Assembly (NCBI GenBank): GCA_900258555.1
Contig: LT984854.1
Coordinates: forward strand, 1,905,239 to 1,969,238
Source of the DNA: an uncultured Desulfobacterium sp.
GTDB lineage: Bacteria; Desulfobacterota; DSM-4660; Desulfatiglandales; Desulfatiglandaceae
Reading direction: 5' to 3'
DNA: 64,000 nucleotides
The notes under the pieces are model-generated. The model was not told the DNA's origin and did not search any database. It was given only the letters and a program-made list of their open reading frames with translations. Made by a program: the position numbers and the translations under genes. Position 1 is the first letter of the stretch. Each line of letters opens with the position of its first letter. Positions 1-10,628 of this stretch are shown here, piece after piece.

Positions 1-17
1 CTTTGTCTCATATAGTG

Positions 18-1379
18 TCAATTCAGCCCGTACTTCTTGATCTTCATCCCCAAAGTCTTGCGATTGATCCCTAGGATCTCGGCCGCCATTGTCTTCTTTC
101 CCTGTGTCCTGCGCAGTACAAAACGAATGTATTTCTTTTCCAGTTCTTCAAGGGTTGACGGCTCTTCGGAAAACATCTGAAATTCTCCCTGTCTCTGAGA
201 AATAAAAGATGGCAGATCTCTTGCAGTTATTATATCTGTGTCTTCAAGTATGAGAACCCGCTCCATTGTATGTTCAAGCTCCCTGACATTTCCTGGCCAT
301 GAATATTGCTGTAATATCTCTAGCGCATCCGGTGTTACTTCAGGCACGGGTTTATTAATCTTCTTACAGAAATTTTTTAGAAAATGATCAATTAATAGGG
401 GAATATCATCCTTCCTTTCCCTTAGAGCAGGTATGTGTAAAGGTACAACACTCAGCCTGTAGTAAAGATCCTCTCTGAAGTCCCCGGCCTTTACCGAGTC
501 CTTGAGGCTCTTGTTGGATGCTGAAATGATTCTGATATCAAGCTTGATTTTTTTGAAATCTCCAACCCGCATAAATTCCCGCTCCTGAATTACCCTCAAC
601 AGCTTTGCCTGGATATTCATGCTGAGGTTTCCAACTTCATCAAAGAAGAAGGTTCCGTGATTTGCGAGCTCAAAAAAACCGTGTTTTGTCTGGCCGGCCC
701 CTGTGAATGAGCCCTTTACATGACCGAAAAGCTCACTTTCAAGGAGTGTTTCTACAAGGGAAGAGCAGTCAATTGCAAGGAATTCGTTGTCTTTTCTATT
801 GCTGTATGCATGTATGGCGCGGGCCACAAGCTCTTTGCCTGTGCCGCTTTCGCCCATAATCAGGACGGTGCTGTCAGTGGGAGCGACCTTGAGAATCTTT
901 TCAAATATGGCCTTCATGGGATTACTCTGACCGATAATAAGATTTTCTGAAGAATCAATCTTAAGCCCCATGCGGTCTATCATTGATGTATCGGCAGTGG
1001 CCGGCTGTCTTCCGGTTTTGTTTAATGAGGCCTCCAGATCATCCAGGCGAAAAGGCTTAACAAGATAATCCAGGGCGCCCAGTTTTACACAGTGCACAGC
1101 GGAATCTATGGTCGGGTATCCTGTTATCATTATCACTTCCGTATCAGGATGCCCCATGCGTATCCTCTTAAGGACCTCCATCCCATCCATATCAGGCATC
1201 CTGATATCAAGTAGAACAAGATCAAAGGACTGCTCATTCAGGAAATCCAGTGCCTCCCTCCCATTAGAGGCAAGTCCCGTAGACATACCTCTTTTCTGTA
1301 GCGCGCGGCTGATGCCGTTTCTGACAACCGCTTCATCATCAACAATAAGTACGCGTCTTGTATTCTCTTTATCGCTCAT
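18..1379 (-). CDS. sigma54-dependent response regulator (NtrC/AtoC family)
   Basis: N-terminal receiver (LIVDDE, LLDIRMPDMDG). AAA+ sigma54-activator core (GESGTGKE, GSFTGA, FREDLYYRL). C-terminal Fis-type HTH. Confidence 0.9.
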   Translation of the reverse strand: MSDKENTRRVLIVDDEAVVRNGISRALQKRGMSTGLASNGREALDFLNEQSFDLVLLDIRMPDMDGMEVLKRIRMGHPDTEVIMITGYPTIDSAVHCVKLGALDYLVKPFRLDDLEASLNKTGRQPATADTSMIDRMGLKIDSSENLIIGQSNPMKAIFEKILKVAPTDSTVLIMGESGTGKELVARAIHAYSNRKDNEFLAIDCSSLVETLLESELFGHVKGSFTGAGQTKHGFFELANHGTFFFDEVGNLSMNIQAKLLRVIQEREFMRVGDFKKIKLDIRIISASNKSLKDSVKAGDFREDLYYRLSVVPLHIPALRERKDDIPLLIDHFLKNFCKKINKPVPEVTPDALEILQQYSWPGNVRELEHTMERVLILEDTDIITARDLPSFISQRQGEFQMFSEEPSTLEELEKKYIRFVLRRTQGKKTMAAEILGINRKTLGMKIKKYGLN

Positions 1380-2867
1380 TTATGATTCCATCATAACAGG
1401 AAGAAGGATTTTGAAAGTTGTCCCTTTCCCTTCCACACTTTCCACATCAATGGAGCCATGGTGGGCATCCACTACACCTTTTACAATGGAAAGACCAAGC
1501 CCTGTACCCATAATATCACGGGTCTTAGGGCTCTTTACCCGATAAAACTTTTCAAAGATTTTTGGCAGTTCTTCAGGGGCGATGCCCACCCCTGTATCCT
1601 TTACTTTTATTTCAATGTAATCACCGGCATTCCTCGCCGTGACATTGACATCTCCCCCGTCTGGAGAGTAATTAATGGCATTGCTGATGAGGTTATTAAA
1701 GATTTCTTCCATATTTTTAGGATCGGAGTGAACCGGTTTAAGGTCTTCACAAGAAAAAGTGAGATTGATCCCCTGTTTTTTTGCCCTTGGCTCGAGTAAC
1801 GCAACAGTATCCTCAATGATCTTACGCAGGTCTGTCGGTACAAAATGTCGGACATATTGCCCCGCCTCAATCTTTGCCACATCGAGAAGATCATTAATCA
1901 GTGCAAGCAGTGCGTCAATTTTTTTTACTCCCCTGTTGATAAATTCCGTCTGTTTTTCACCCAAAGGACCGGCCAGGCCCTCAAGGATCACACTGTTTAA
2001 TTGTCTTATTGATACGAGCGGACTGCGAAGCTCATGCGCGACCATATTGACAAAGTCTGATTTCATCTGATCAAGCTGTTTAAATGCACTTATATTCTCA
2101 AGAACGGTTACAGCACCGACAACGCCTGAATCCGGTCCAAACACAGGAGCTGAAATCGCTCTTAAATAATAGTTCCTTGTCTGAATTTCCTGAGAAATAC
2201 ATTCATTATCCGACAGGTCATCATCCAGTATGTTTTTCAGGGTGTTGATCAGGGCCTCGTCCTCGATGAGTTCGTTTGCGGGAAGGGGATTTGAGATCTG
2301 TTGTGTCAAACCCAGCAGCCTCATTATAGCAGGATTTGAAAGGACCACCTCCATGTTTCGGTTGGTCACGATCACGCCATTAGCCATATAATTAATGATG
2401 GTTTTCAACCGGCTTTTTTCAAGATTAAGGTCGTAGAGATTTCGAATATTTTCTTTCTGCAGTTGCCAGGCCTTCTGCTCGAGCCTTCTTTTATCCGCAG
2501 CGCGGTTGATTATCGCAAGAAAATGTTCGATCTGAAACGGTTTTGTTATGAAATCGTATGCCCCCTTTTTCATGCATGCCACTGCCGTGTCAACAGTGCC
2601 GTGTCCGGTAATGATAATTACAGGTACATCCGGATATTTTTCAACCGTGACCTTGAGCACCTCTTCTCCGCCAAGGATGGGCATTTTGAGATCAAGGAGT
2701 AGGATTGATACATTATCTTTTTCAAGGATATCAAGAGCAATCTTGCCGTTTTCCGCTCCAAGGACATCAAACCCTTTGGAGTTCAGCACTCGTGTGCATC
2801 CTTCCCTGATCGCCTTTTCATCATCAGCAACCAGAATCCGAATAATATCTTTCTCATTCATGATCAA
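1380..2867 (-). CDS. hybrid receiver-PAS-histidine kinase
   Basis: REC (ILVADDE, LLDLKMP), PAS-like middle, H-box (VAHELRSPL), N/G boxes (NLISNAINY, DTGVGI, GTGLGLSI). Abuts the downstream regulator start at 1379/1380. Confidence 0.85.
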   Translation of the reverse strand: MIMNEKDIIRILVADDEKAIREGCTRVLNSKGFDVLGAENGKIALDILEKDNVSILLLDLKMPILGGEEVLKVTVEKYPDVPVIIITGHGTVDTAVACMKKGAYDFITKPFQIEHFLAIINRAADKRRLEQKAWQLQKENIRNLYDLNLEKSRLKTIINYMANGVIVTNRNMEVVLSNPAIMRLLGLTQQISNPLPANELIEDEALINTLKNILDDDLSDNECISQEIQTRNYYLRAISAPVFGPDSGVVGAVTVLENISAFKQLDQMKSDFVNMVAHELRSPLVSIRQLNSVILEGLAGPLGEKQTEFINRGVKKIDALLALINDLLDVAKIEAGQYVRHFVPTDLRKIIEDTVALLEPRAKKQGINLTFSCEDLKPVHSDPKNMEEIFNNLISNAINYSPDGGDVNVTARNAGDYIEIKVKDTGVGIAPEELPKIFEKFYRVKSPKTRDIMGTGLGLSIVKGVVDAHHGSIDVESVEGKGTTFKILLPVMMES

Positions 2868-4843
2868 TCCAATCCTATAAATACAGGTTCATCGGTTGAA
2901 AACTCCTGCTCTTTAAATTCAAAGGGCAGTTCTATTGTAAAAACGGTTCCTCCTCCAGGGGGACAGTCAAAGGAAATCTTCCCTCCATGCAGCTTTATAA
3001 TATTTTGAGATATGCTGAGCCCCAGACCGGTGCCTGATCCAACGGGCTTTGTAGTGAAAAAAATCTCAAATATCTTGTCCCTAAGTTCAACCGGAATACC
3101 AGGCCCTGTATCTGAGACCTTTATAACAAAAACAGAATTATCCCGGTTGCATTTTACCTTAATGCCTAAAGTCCCTTTTGATTCCATGGCGTGTGCGGCA
3201 TTTATAAACAGGTTGGTAAAGACCTGTTGCAGTTGCCCCATGTCGCCCAACATTTCGGGCATGCTGGCCTCAATGTCCTTTTCAACTGTTATGTCTTGAA
3301 AAATGGCCTGGTTTATAAGGAGACTAAGACACTTGTTGATAAGGTATTCCAAACTGAAGGAAGAGGTCCTGCCAACAGACTGGCGGCTGAACTCGAGCAG
3401 CTCTGCAACAATTTTCTTGCACCTCAGTGTCTGGTCAATAATTTCCTGAACATCACTAATGCGTTCAGGCTGATTTTTAAGGTCTTCCTTTAGAAGTTCA
3501 GCATAAATAAGCGCTCCGGATAGAGGGTTGTTTATCTCATGGGCTACACCAGCTGCCATTCTCCCTACTGAAGCGATCTTTTCTGACTGCACCAGTTGCA
3601 GATGTGCATCTTCGAGGTCCCTGCGCATCTTGAATATCTCTCGCATGTCAGTGAAAACCCCTACGCTCCCGATCTCTTTTCCATCTATCGTGATAATAGA
3701 GGCAGACAGTGTAACAGGTATCTCTTCACCGTTTTTGGTCTTAACGCTCATAGCTGTCGGATTAAGTCTGCCTACAGGACCATACTCACTGCTTCGCATT
3801 TTCTGCATGTTTTCCTTAGCCACATCCATGTCATAGAAAGTACTCAGATGACCTCTTTTTATAATGTCTTCTGCAGAATGACCCGTCAACCTTTCCATCC
3901 CCTCGTTAAAAATCAAGACATTGCCTTTTGTGTCCACAACGACAATGCCGTCCACAGTGCTTTGAATCACATTTTCAAAAAATTTATTGGATTTCTCTAC
4001 TTCCCTTTCAAGCTTGGCCCTTTCAGTAACATCCCTCGACACCTCCAATATTTGAATAAGCCTTCCGTTGTCATTAAAAATTGGGGCTATAGTTATTACC
4101 TCAAAGCGCGTTTCTCCATATTCGTCCTTAAACTCCCTCAGTGTACTGATGCTTCCCTTATGTTCAAGATCTGATATACTGTCTTCCAGGTGGCATATCC
4201 GGCCTTCCTCCTTACAGGATTTTTCCAGATGATACCTTAACTGATAGCAATGATTGCCGGTAATAACCTTATCACCCAGCTTGAATTCATTTAAAAATGT
4301 CTTATTGACCATATCAACAGTCTTATCCAGGTTGACCACCATGATGCGATATGGAAGTGAGTCCAGGATCATCTGCATCTTTTTTTTGCTATTGAGTTCA
4401 TAGCTCTTCCGTTCTTTTTCAAGTTCGGTCTTTTCCACCTCGGTCTGAAGCAGTTCCCATATTACAGGTGCTGCCACATGGTCCAGGATAGCCACTCCGG
4501 GCGACCTCGAGTTATAAAGCTGATCCCTTATCTTTTCCGAGCCTGTGATCTCGATAAGCATGTTTATATTTTTGAGAGAAAAAAGATCTCTGAAATCGCT
4601 GGTGGTATAAAGCCCTATTTCTCTGGCATAAACAATGCCGGGTGCCTGCTGATTTTCATCAGACACTCCCAGAATTTTCATGTTCATCCTTGCCAGACGA
4701 TAACTGTCAAGGATTTCGAGCAGATTACGGCATGCCTTTCCGCCGCCGACAATAGCAACATTGAGGGGCACACCTGCCTCCCTGCCCCTGATTATCTCAA
4801 GCGCACTGTTAATGTCTGCGCCGTTTAAGCCATCGTTTTTCAT
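2864..4843 (-). CDS. sensor histidine kinase with Rossmann-like N-terminal domain and PAS domains
   Basis: ORF 2864..4888. I prefer the ATG at c4843 (MKNDGLNG), which abuts the stop of the upstream small ORF. N-terminal VAIVGGGKACRNL motif, Cys patch (HCYQLRYHLEKSCKEEGRICH), PAS, H-box (VAHEINNPL), HATPase (DTGPGIP, GTGLGLSI). Confidence 0.8.
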   Translation of the reverse strand: MKNDGLNGADINSALEIIRGREAGVPLNVAIVGGGKACRNLLEILDSYRLARMNMKILGVSDENQQAPGIVYAREIGLYTTSDFRDLFSLKNINMLIEITGSEKIRDQLYNSRSPGVAILDHVAAPVIWELLQTEVEKTELEKERKSYELNSKKKMQMILDSLPYRIMVVNLDKTVDMVNKTFLNEFKLGDKVITGNHCYQLRYHLEKSCKEEGRICHLEDSISDLEHKGSISTLREFKDEYGETRFEVITIAPIFNDNGRLIQILEVSRDVTERAKLEREVEKSNKFFENVIQSTVDGIVVVDTKGNVLIFNEGMERLTGHSAEDIIKRGHLSTFYDMDVAKENMQKMRSSEYGPVGRLNPTAMSVKTKNGEEIPVTLSASIITIDGKEIGSVGVFTDMREIFKMRRDLEDAHLQLVQSEKIASVGRMAAGVAHEINNPLSGALIYAELLKEDLKNQPERISDVQEIIDQTLRCKKIVAELLEFSRQSVGRTSSFSLEYLINKCLSLLINQAIFQDITVEKDIEASMPEMLGDMGQLQQVFTNLFINAAHAMESKGTLGIKVKCNRDNSVFVIKVSDTGPGIPVELRDKIFEIFFTTKPVGSGTGLGLSISQNIIKLHGGKISFDCPPGGGTVFTIELPFEFKEQEFSTDEPVFIGLD

Positions 4844-4844
4844 A

Positions 4845-5141
4845 TCAATTTTTTCCAATACGTTCCGCCACGCGCCGTTCCAGTTCAAGGATTATGGAAT
4901 TCAGGGCAGGGCCCTCTTTTACAGGACCTGAGTTATTCCAACCGGCTGTTAGTGCGGAATCCTTTTTTTCTCTGAATTCATTAAGACTGGAGGCCATTGT
5001 CTCCCAAAGAAATAATTTTTGCAGGATATGCCGTTCCGCTGCAGTCAGATCGTTGTCCGTGTCAAATGATTTTCCGTTTTTAATTGTAAAGAGCATAATC
5101 GCGACAGCAATGAAGGTGTAGATCACAGAATATAATGACAT
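4845..5141 (-). CDS. small hypothetical membrane protein (98 aa)
   Basis: One N-terminal hydrophobic helix (LYSVIYTFIAVAIMLFTI). Its stop lies one nt before the kinase start. No family recognised. Confidence 0.4.
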   Translation of the reverse strand: MSLYSVIYTFIAVAIMLFTIKNGKSFDTDNDLTAAERHILQKLFLWETMASSLNEFREKKDSALTAGWNNSGPVKEGPALNSIILELERRVAERIGKN

Positions 5142-5164
5142 CCCTTTAAAAGGACGTCTGACAA

Positions 5165-5211
5165 TACAAAAAAGCCCGGAAGGTTGTCTGTTCTTCAGAC
5201 AACCTTCCGGG
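5165..5211 (-). terminator. rho-independent terminator after metF
   Basis: Perfect 16-bp stem (cccggaaggttgtctg / cagacaaccttccggg), 5-nt loop, then a U-run on the minus strand (A-run 5167-5173 on plus). Confidence 0.75.
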
Positions 5212-5391
5212 CGAGACTATAGACCGATAAGATCTTTTTTGGCAATTGAAATGTCGGAATACGATGGGTTTACACTGGGCTGGCATTGTCATTCCTCTGT
5301 CAGCTTGCAGCAGATACCACACGCTACGGGCAAGCCTGTTACCGGGGCCGGCTTTTACAGCCGACCCCTCCCACATTCCGTTTTGATGTTT

Positions 5392-6315
5392 TTAGACTAC
5401 GGGCCTTGGAAGGACTCCTGCCATCTTGGCAATTTCGGGCACCCTGTGTTCCCATTCTATGGCCATGAGATGAACGCCTGCCACCCCTTCCATCTCCTTA
5501 AACTCCTGGATCTGTTCCACAGCGATCTTGATGCCTTCCTCAGCAGCCTTCCCCTTTCCGGCACCCTTAACCCGTTCAATCAATTCGTCAGGGACATCCA
5601 TGCCCGGTACTGAGCCTGCCATGTATTTCGCCATACCGACACTCTTCAATGGTGTTACACCAGCCAGGATATAACACTTTTCTGTAAGGCCCATGTCCAC
5701 CGCCCTCTTCATAAACTCCCTGAACCTGTCCATATTGTAGATGCACTGGGTTTGAATAAAATCCGCACCCGCCGCTATCTTTTTTGCAAGCCTAAGCACC
5801 CTCCACTCATAAGGCTCGGCAAAGGGATTGGCGGCAGCGCCGATAAACATCTTTGGTGCCTCATCCAGTTTATTGCCGCTTAAAAAGATGCCCTCGTCAC
5901 GCATCTGCTTTACCATGCCTATCAGCTGTATAGAGTCTATGTCGAATACCGACTTTGCCATAGGGTGATCGCCAAAACTCTGATGGTCACCTGAAAGACA
6001 GAGCATATTCTTGATACCGTGGGTGCTTGCACCCAAGATATCGCTCTGCATGGCGAGCCTGTTACGATCGCGGCATACCATCTGGAAATTGGGCTCAAGC
6101 CCCTCCTGGATCAATATTAAAGAGGCGGCCCAGCTTGACATGCGGACCACTGCGGTTTGATTATCCGTGATGTTTACGGCATCAACATTACCCTTTAAAA
6201 AAGCGGCCTTTTTCCTCACCTCTTCTGCATTGGCTCCCCTGGGAGGACCCAGCTCGCCTGTAAATGCGAAGTGACCGGCGGACAATACCTTTTCCAGATT
6301 GCTTTCTGATTTCAT
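5392..6315 (-). CDS. metF: methylenetetrahydrofolate reductase, acetogen/Wood-Ljungdahl type
   Basis: 307 aa with typical MetF N-terminus (FAFTGELGPPRG..., NITDNQTAVVRMSS). GAGGAAG RBS upstream. Follows metV. Confidence 0.9.
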   Translation of the reverse strand: MKSESNLEKVLSAGHFAFTGELGPPRGANAEEVRKKAAFLKGNVDAVNITDNQTAVVRMSSWAASLILIQEGLEPNFQMVCRDRNRLAMQSDILGASTHGIKNMLCLSGDHQSFGDHPMAKSVFDIDSIQLIGMVKQMRDEGIFLSGNKLDEAPKMFIGAAANPFAEPYEWRVLRLAKKIAAGADFIQTQCIYNMDRFREFMKRAVDMGLTEKCYILAGVTPLKSVGMAKYMAGSVPGMDVPDELIERVKGAGKGKAAEEGIKIAVEQIQEFKEMEGVAGVHLMAIEWEHRVPEIAKMAGVLPRPVV

Positions 6316-6347
6316 TTTAACTTCCTCTCAGATGATAATGGCTGATC

Positions 6348-7028
6348 CTATTTTTCTGCACTATTCTCTGAAGTCTTATACCCCGGCTGGATAACCGTCC
6401 TTGGCTTCTGGTTTTGCCAATCCTGGACAGGGGTAATTTTCAATATGTTGTCAAGCCTGTTCTGTTTTGACAGACGTTCATAAATCATATACCAGGCACA
6501 GGGCTGATCTTTACTGATTTCACAACTGCCTTTGTTGGTTCCTCCGCACGGTCCGTTATAAAGGCCCTTGGCGCACATGGTCACAGGGCAGATGCCTGCG
6601 GTCAGCCCAAGCACGCAACTGCTGCATGATCGACACCTCTCCTCATACCAGCCTACGTCCTGATTGACGCCTATGAAGGTGGTGTCCACACCGGGGAACA
6701 CCGGCTTTTCCGGGTATCTTTCAGCCAGGAACTGGATGCCGGCGCCACAGGCCAGGGACAAAACCGCATCATAATCTCCCACCATTGAATCCAATGCCTC
6801 AAGGTATTCCCGGTCGCACTGCCTCTCAATGGTGATAGCGCCAAGTTCAATTGGGTTATCATCCAGCCTTCTTGCCATATCGAGCTCGGCGTTTAAAACA
6901 GCGACTTCCTTTTCACCTCCAGCAAGGCAAACCGCCACGCAGGTTCCGCAACCCGCAGTAAGAACCTTCTTATAGTCCTTCAGGAAATCTTTTATTTCAT
7001 CAAAGGGTTTTCTTTTGGCAACTATCAT
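6348..7028 (-). CDS. metV: methylene-THF reductase Cys-rich partner subunit
   Basis: 226 aa with Cys-rich motifs (GCGTCVAVC, CRSCSSCVLGLTAGICPVTMCAKGLYNGPCGG). Lies directly upstream of metF. Confidence 0.8.
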   Translation of the reverse strand: MIVAKRKPFDEIKDFLKDYKKVLTAGCGTCVAVCLAGGEKEVAVLNAELDMARRLDDNPIELGAITIERQCDREYLEALDSMVGDYDAVLSLACGAGIQFLAERYPEKPVFPGVDTTFIGVNQDVGWYEERCRSCSSCVLGLTAGICPVTMCAKGLYNGPCGGTNKGSCEISKDQPCAWYMIYERLSKQNRLDNILKITPVQDWQNQKPRTVIQPGYKTSENSAEK

Positions 7029-7075
7029 ACTTCCTCCTGTTGTCGCACTTGGCCACAGATATGCCGCCCTGATTA

Positions 7076-7489
7076 TTAATGTTGCTTCAAAGGATTTGGC
7101 CCGAGCGCCTTGATGTTTTCCGCCATCTCCCGCGCATAGGCTGCAAAGGTTGGGCCTTCACCGGAAGAAAGGTTATACATCCTTACCCTGTCTCCTTCAA
7201 TCCCTATTTCTTCAAGAAGCCTCCTGACGTGATTGACCCTTTCACGCGCCCTCAGGTTTCCTTCATTATAATGGCACGCCCCTTCCAGGCAGCCCACCGC
7301 ATAAACTCCATCCGCGCCCTTCTGGATAGCCCTTAAAAGATGCATCACATCAACCTTTCCTGTGCAAGGCACCCGGATTATCTTAATGTTGGAAGGATAG
7401 TCAAGTCGCATGGAACCTGCCAGGTCCGCGGCAGAGTATCCTCAGAATTCACAGCAAAATGCTATGATTGTCGGTTCAAAATCCGTCAT
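7076..7489 (-). CDS. mvhD: MvhD-like electron-transfer protein, selenoprotein (Sec at codon 16)
   Basis: ORF 7076..7411 extends in frame through TGA c(7442..7444) to ATG c(7487..7489): [32 protein letters not shown]... Its start overlaps the hdrA stop (TGATG). Later motif VGCLEGACHY. Confidence 0.8.
7417..7444 (-). promoter_or_regulatory. UGA(Sec) plus candidate SECIS hairpin of mvhD-1
   Basis: RNA UGA-GGAUACU-CUGCC-GCGGACCU-GGCAG. The 5-6-bp stem starts 7 nt after the UGA, closer than usual for a bacterial SECIS. Confidence 0.4.
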
Positions 7490-10400
7490 CACATACCCCC
7501 TGCCAGCAATGCATCAATTTTGCATGCCAGTTGATCATCTTCATAAAAGCTCAGTTTAATCGTCTGCCTTGGGCATATGCTTGCGCAGCTCCCACACCCG
7601 TGACACAATGCGTCATCAATCTCTATAATCCCCAACTCCGTGTTAAACATCGGGACACCGAAAGGACAGGTACGGACACATGTCAGACATTTTACGCAGT
7701 GTTCTGTATCCACCTTGGCTGTGATCGCCGATAGTTTTATCTCCGGCTTTGCGAGGAATGTCGTAGCCCTTGACGCAGCAGCCTGGGATTGGCTGATTGC
7801 CTCTGAGATAAGCTTGGGCCCATGCGCTGTTCCACACAGAAAGATTCCCTCGCCAGGCATGTCAACAGGCCGCAGCTTTACGTGCGCCTCAATAAAATAG
7901 CCCTCCTGGTTACGGTTTAGCTTCATGATGCCGCTTAGCTCGTCAGTATCCGCCGCCCTCATCCCAGCACTCAATGCCAGGAGGTCAGCTCGGATCGTAA
8001 TATCCCGTTGAAGTATATGATCCTTTACGGATACAAGTATTCCGGCGGCAGATGACTTAACATCCGGAGGCGCATCATTTTCAAATCTGATAAAGATAAC
8101 TCCCCTTTCCCTGGCCTCTTTGTAAAAATCCTCAAGCAATCCATATGTTCTAATATCCCGGTAGAGCACAAAGACCTGGGCGTCCGGATTTTGCCTCTTT
8201 ATATGTAAGGCGTTTTTTACGGCGTTCTGGCAGCATATGCGGGAGCATTCCTGCATCTCATCATTCCTGGACCCCACACACTGGATCATCACAACCGTTT
8301 TGAGGTCTGATGCGCCCTTGTCTTCCAACCTGTCCGCCAGTTCAACCTGGGTGACAACCCTGTCATCCTCGCCATAGAGATATTCTTTCGGGTGATATTC
8401 TGTCGCACCGGTAGCCACAATGATGACACCGTGTTTTATTGTACGCTTTTCTTTCTTCGATCCGATTTCCACATCGGTGGAAAAGTTGCCTTTATACCCA
8501 CCAAAACCAGTGACCCTGGCCTCGGTAATGACCTCCACCTTTTCATGGCCTTTAACCTGGCCGATCAGTTTATCCAGATATGGCCGGATGTCTCCGCCCT
8601 CAATGGTATGGTGCAGACTTCTTGAAAAGCCCCCCAGTTGGGCGTCTTTTTCCACCAGAACAACATCAAATCCCTGCTTTCCCAAGTTCAGCGCGGCGTT
8701 CATGCCTGCAACTCCGCCCCCTATCACCAGGGCCTTTTGTGTTACGGATATCACCTTTTGTGCAAGAGGTTTCAGTGTTCCGGCCCTAGCAACGGCCATT
8801 CTTACCAGGTCCTTGGCTTTTTGAGTGGCCAAATCCGGCGCCTTGGAATGTATCCAGGAGTTCTGGTTCCTGATATTGGCCATTTCGAACAGGTATCTGT
8901 TCAGGCCGCACGCCTCCAATGTTTCCATAAACATCGGTTCATGGGTCTTGGGACTGCATGAGGCGACCACCACACGATTAAGATTATGCTCTTTAATCTT
9001 TTCCTTTATTTTTTCCTGTGTGTCCTGGGAACAGGTAAACAGGTTTGAATCGGTAAATACAACATTTGGAAGTCTCCCAGCGTATTCCTGCACTGAAGGG
9101 ACATCAACAATTCCTCCTATGTTGATGCCGCAGTTACACACAAAGACACCGATCCTTGGTTCCTGATCACTTACATCCTTTTGTTCAGGGATTGTAACGG
9201 TCTTGGTCTCAGTTCCTCTCGCCTCTGAAAGATCAGCTCCTGCAAGACATGCTGCGGCACTGGCCTCTGTAACTGAGCCGGGTATGTCTTTCGGCCCCTG
9301 AAACACCCCGCATGTATATATACCAGGCCTGGATGTCTCAACAGGGGCGAACGGATCGGTTGCAGCAAAATTATAGTTGTTGAGTTCAACATTAAGTCTG
9401 TTTGCAAGCTCCACAGCACTGTCGGGTATTGTTAAACCAACTGACAAGACCACCATGGAAAAGATTTCTTCTTTTCTCTCGCCGCTTTCATCAACATATT
9501 TGACAATAAGGTCACCTGTCTCTGGGACTTCACTTACCGTATGGACACGGGCCTTGACATAACGTACACCTTCTTTGTCCCTCGCCCTGAGGAAATACTT
9601 TTCATAATCTTTGCCAAAGGTCCTCATATCCATGTTAAATATAACAGCGTCAAGATCTCCATGTATATGCTCCTTTGCAATCATCGCCTCTTTTGTGGCA
9701 TACATGCAGCATACGGAAGAGCAATAACCATTGCCGCATCTGTTGATATCCCTTGAGCCCACGCACTGAAGCCATGCAATACTCTTGGGCTCTTCCCTGT
9801 CAAGAGGCCGCATGACGTGACCGAAGTATGGGCCGCCCGCAGAAAGTATCCTTTCAAAGCCCTCACTGGTCACCACGTTGGGGAATTTTCCATAGCCCAG
9901 AAAATCAAGATTTGACGGATCATATCCTTTTGTTCCTGGAGAAAGGATAACAGAGCCCACTGTAACCTTTGTTTCCTCTTCCTTGTCGTCGTACTTGACC
10001 GCCTTTGCAAGACAGGTGTTTTCGCACAGGCCGCATCCGATACAGGCTTCGGTATCAATGGCATAGGCAAGGGGCACAGCCTGGGCATATTCAATATAGG
10101 TAGCCCTTCTGTCATTCATGCCCTTGTTGATCTCGTTGACAGCGGCCACAGGACAACGCCTGGCGCAGTCACCGCATCCGGTGCATTTTACCGGATCAAT
10201 GTAGCGGGGGTGTTTTGTGAGGGTGACGGAAAAATTTCCCGGCTCACCTTCAATGGATTTTACTTCACTGTTTGTTATCAGGTTTATGTTCAGATGCCGG
10301 CCGACCTCGACCAGTTTGGGTGAGATAACTCACATGGTGCAGTCATTGGTCGGAAATGTCTTGTCCAGCCTGGCCATCAGGCCGCCTATGGTAGGAGATT

Positions 10401-10518
10401 TTTCTACCAGATATACGTTGTAATCCGAATTAGCGAGATCCAGTGATGCCTGCATGCCGGCAATGCCGGCGCCGACAACCATTACTGACCCACTTTTATT
10501 TGTTGTAGCTGATCCCAT
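7489..10518 (-). CDS. hdrA: HdrA-like FAD/FeS oxidoreductase, selenoprotein, about 1009 aa
   Basis: ORFs 10330..10524 and 7489..10149 share a frame. Translation across TGA c(10330..10332) is stop-free: [21 protein letters not shown]...[12 protein letters not shown]...[10 protein letters not shown]. Two Rossmann motifs ([18 protein letters not shown]) and several 4Fe-4S Cys motifs. Start set at the ATG after the AGGGGAG RBS. Confidence 0.85.
10297..10332 (-). promoter_or_regulatory. UGA(Sec) plus candidate SECIS hairpin of hdrA-1
   Basis: RNA CUGGUCG-AGGU-CGGCCGG: 7-bp stem with 2 G-U pairs and a GG-containing loop, starting 15 nt after the UGA. The 21-nt core is identical to the one in hdrA-2. 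Confidence 0.6.
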
Positions 10519-10628
10519 TATCACTCCCCTAAATAATTGACGATATTTGATTGATTGATGATTTAAGATTTTTTCTCAGTCCGGGATCTTGCCTGTGTCA
10601 ATCAATGCGCATTCGTCATTCTTCAATC

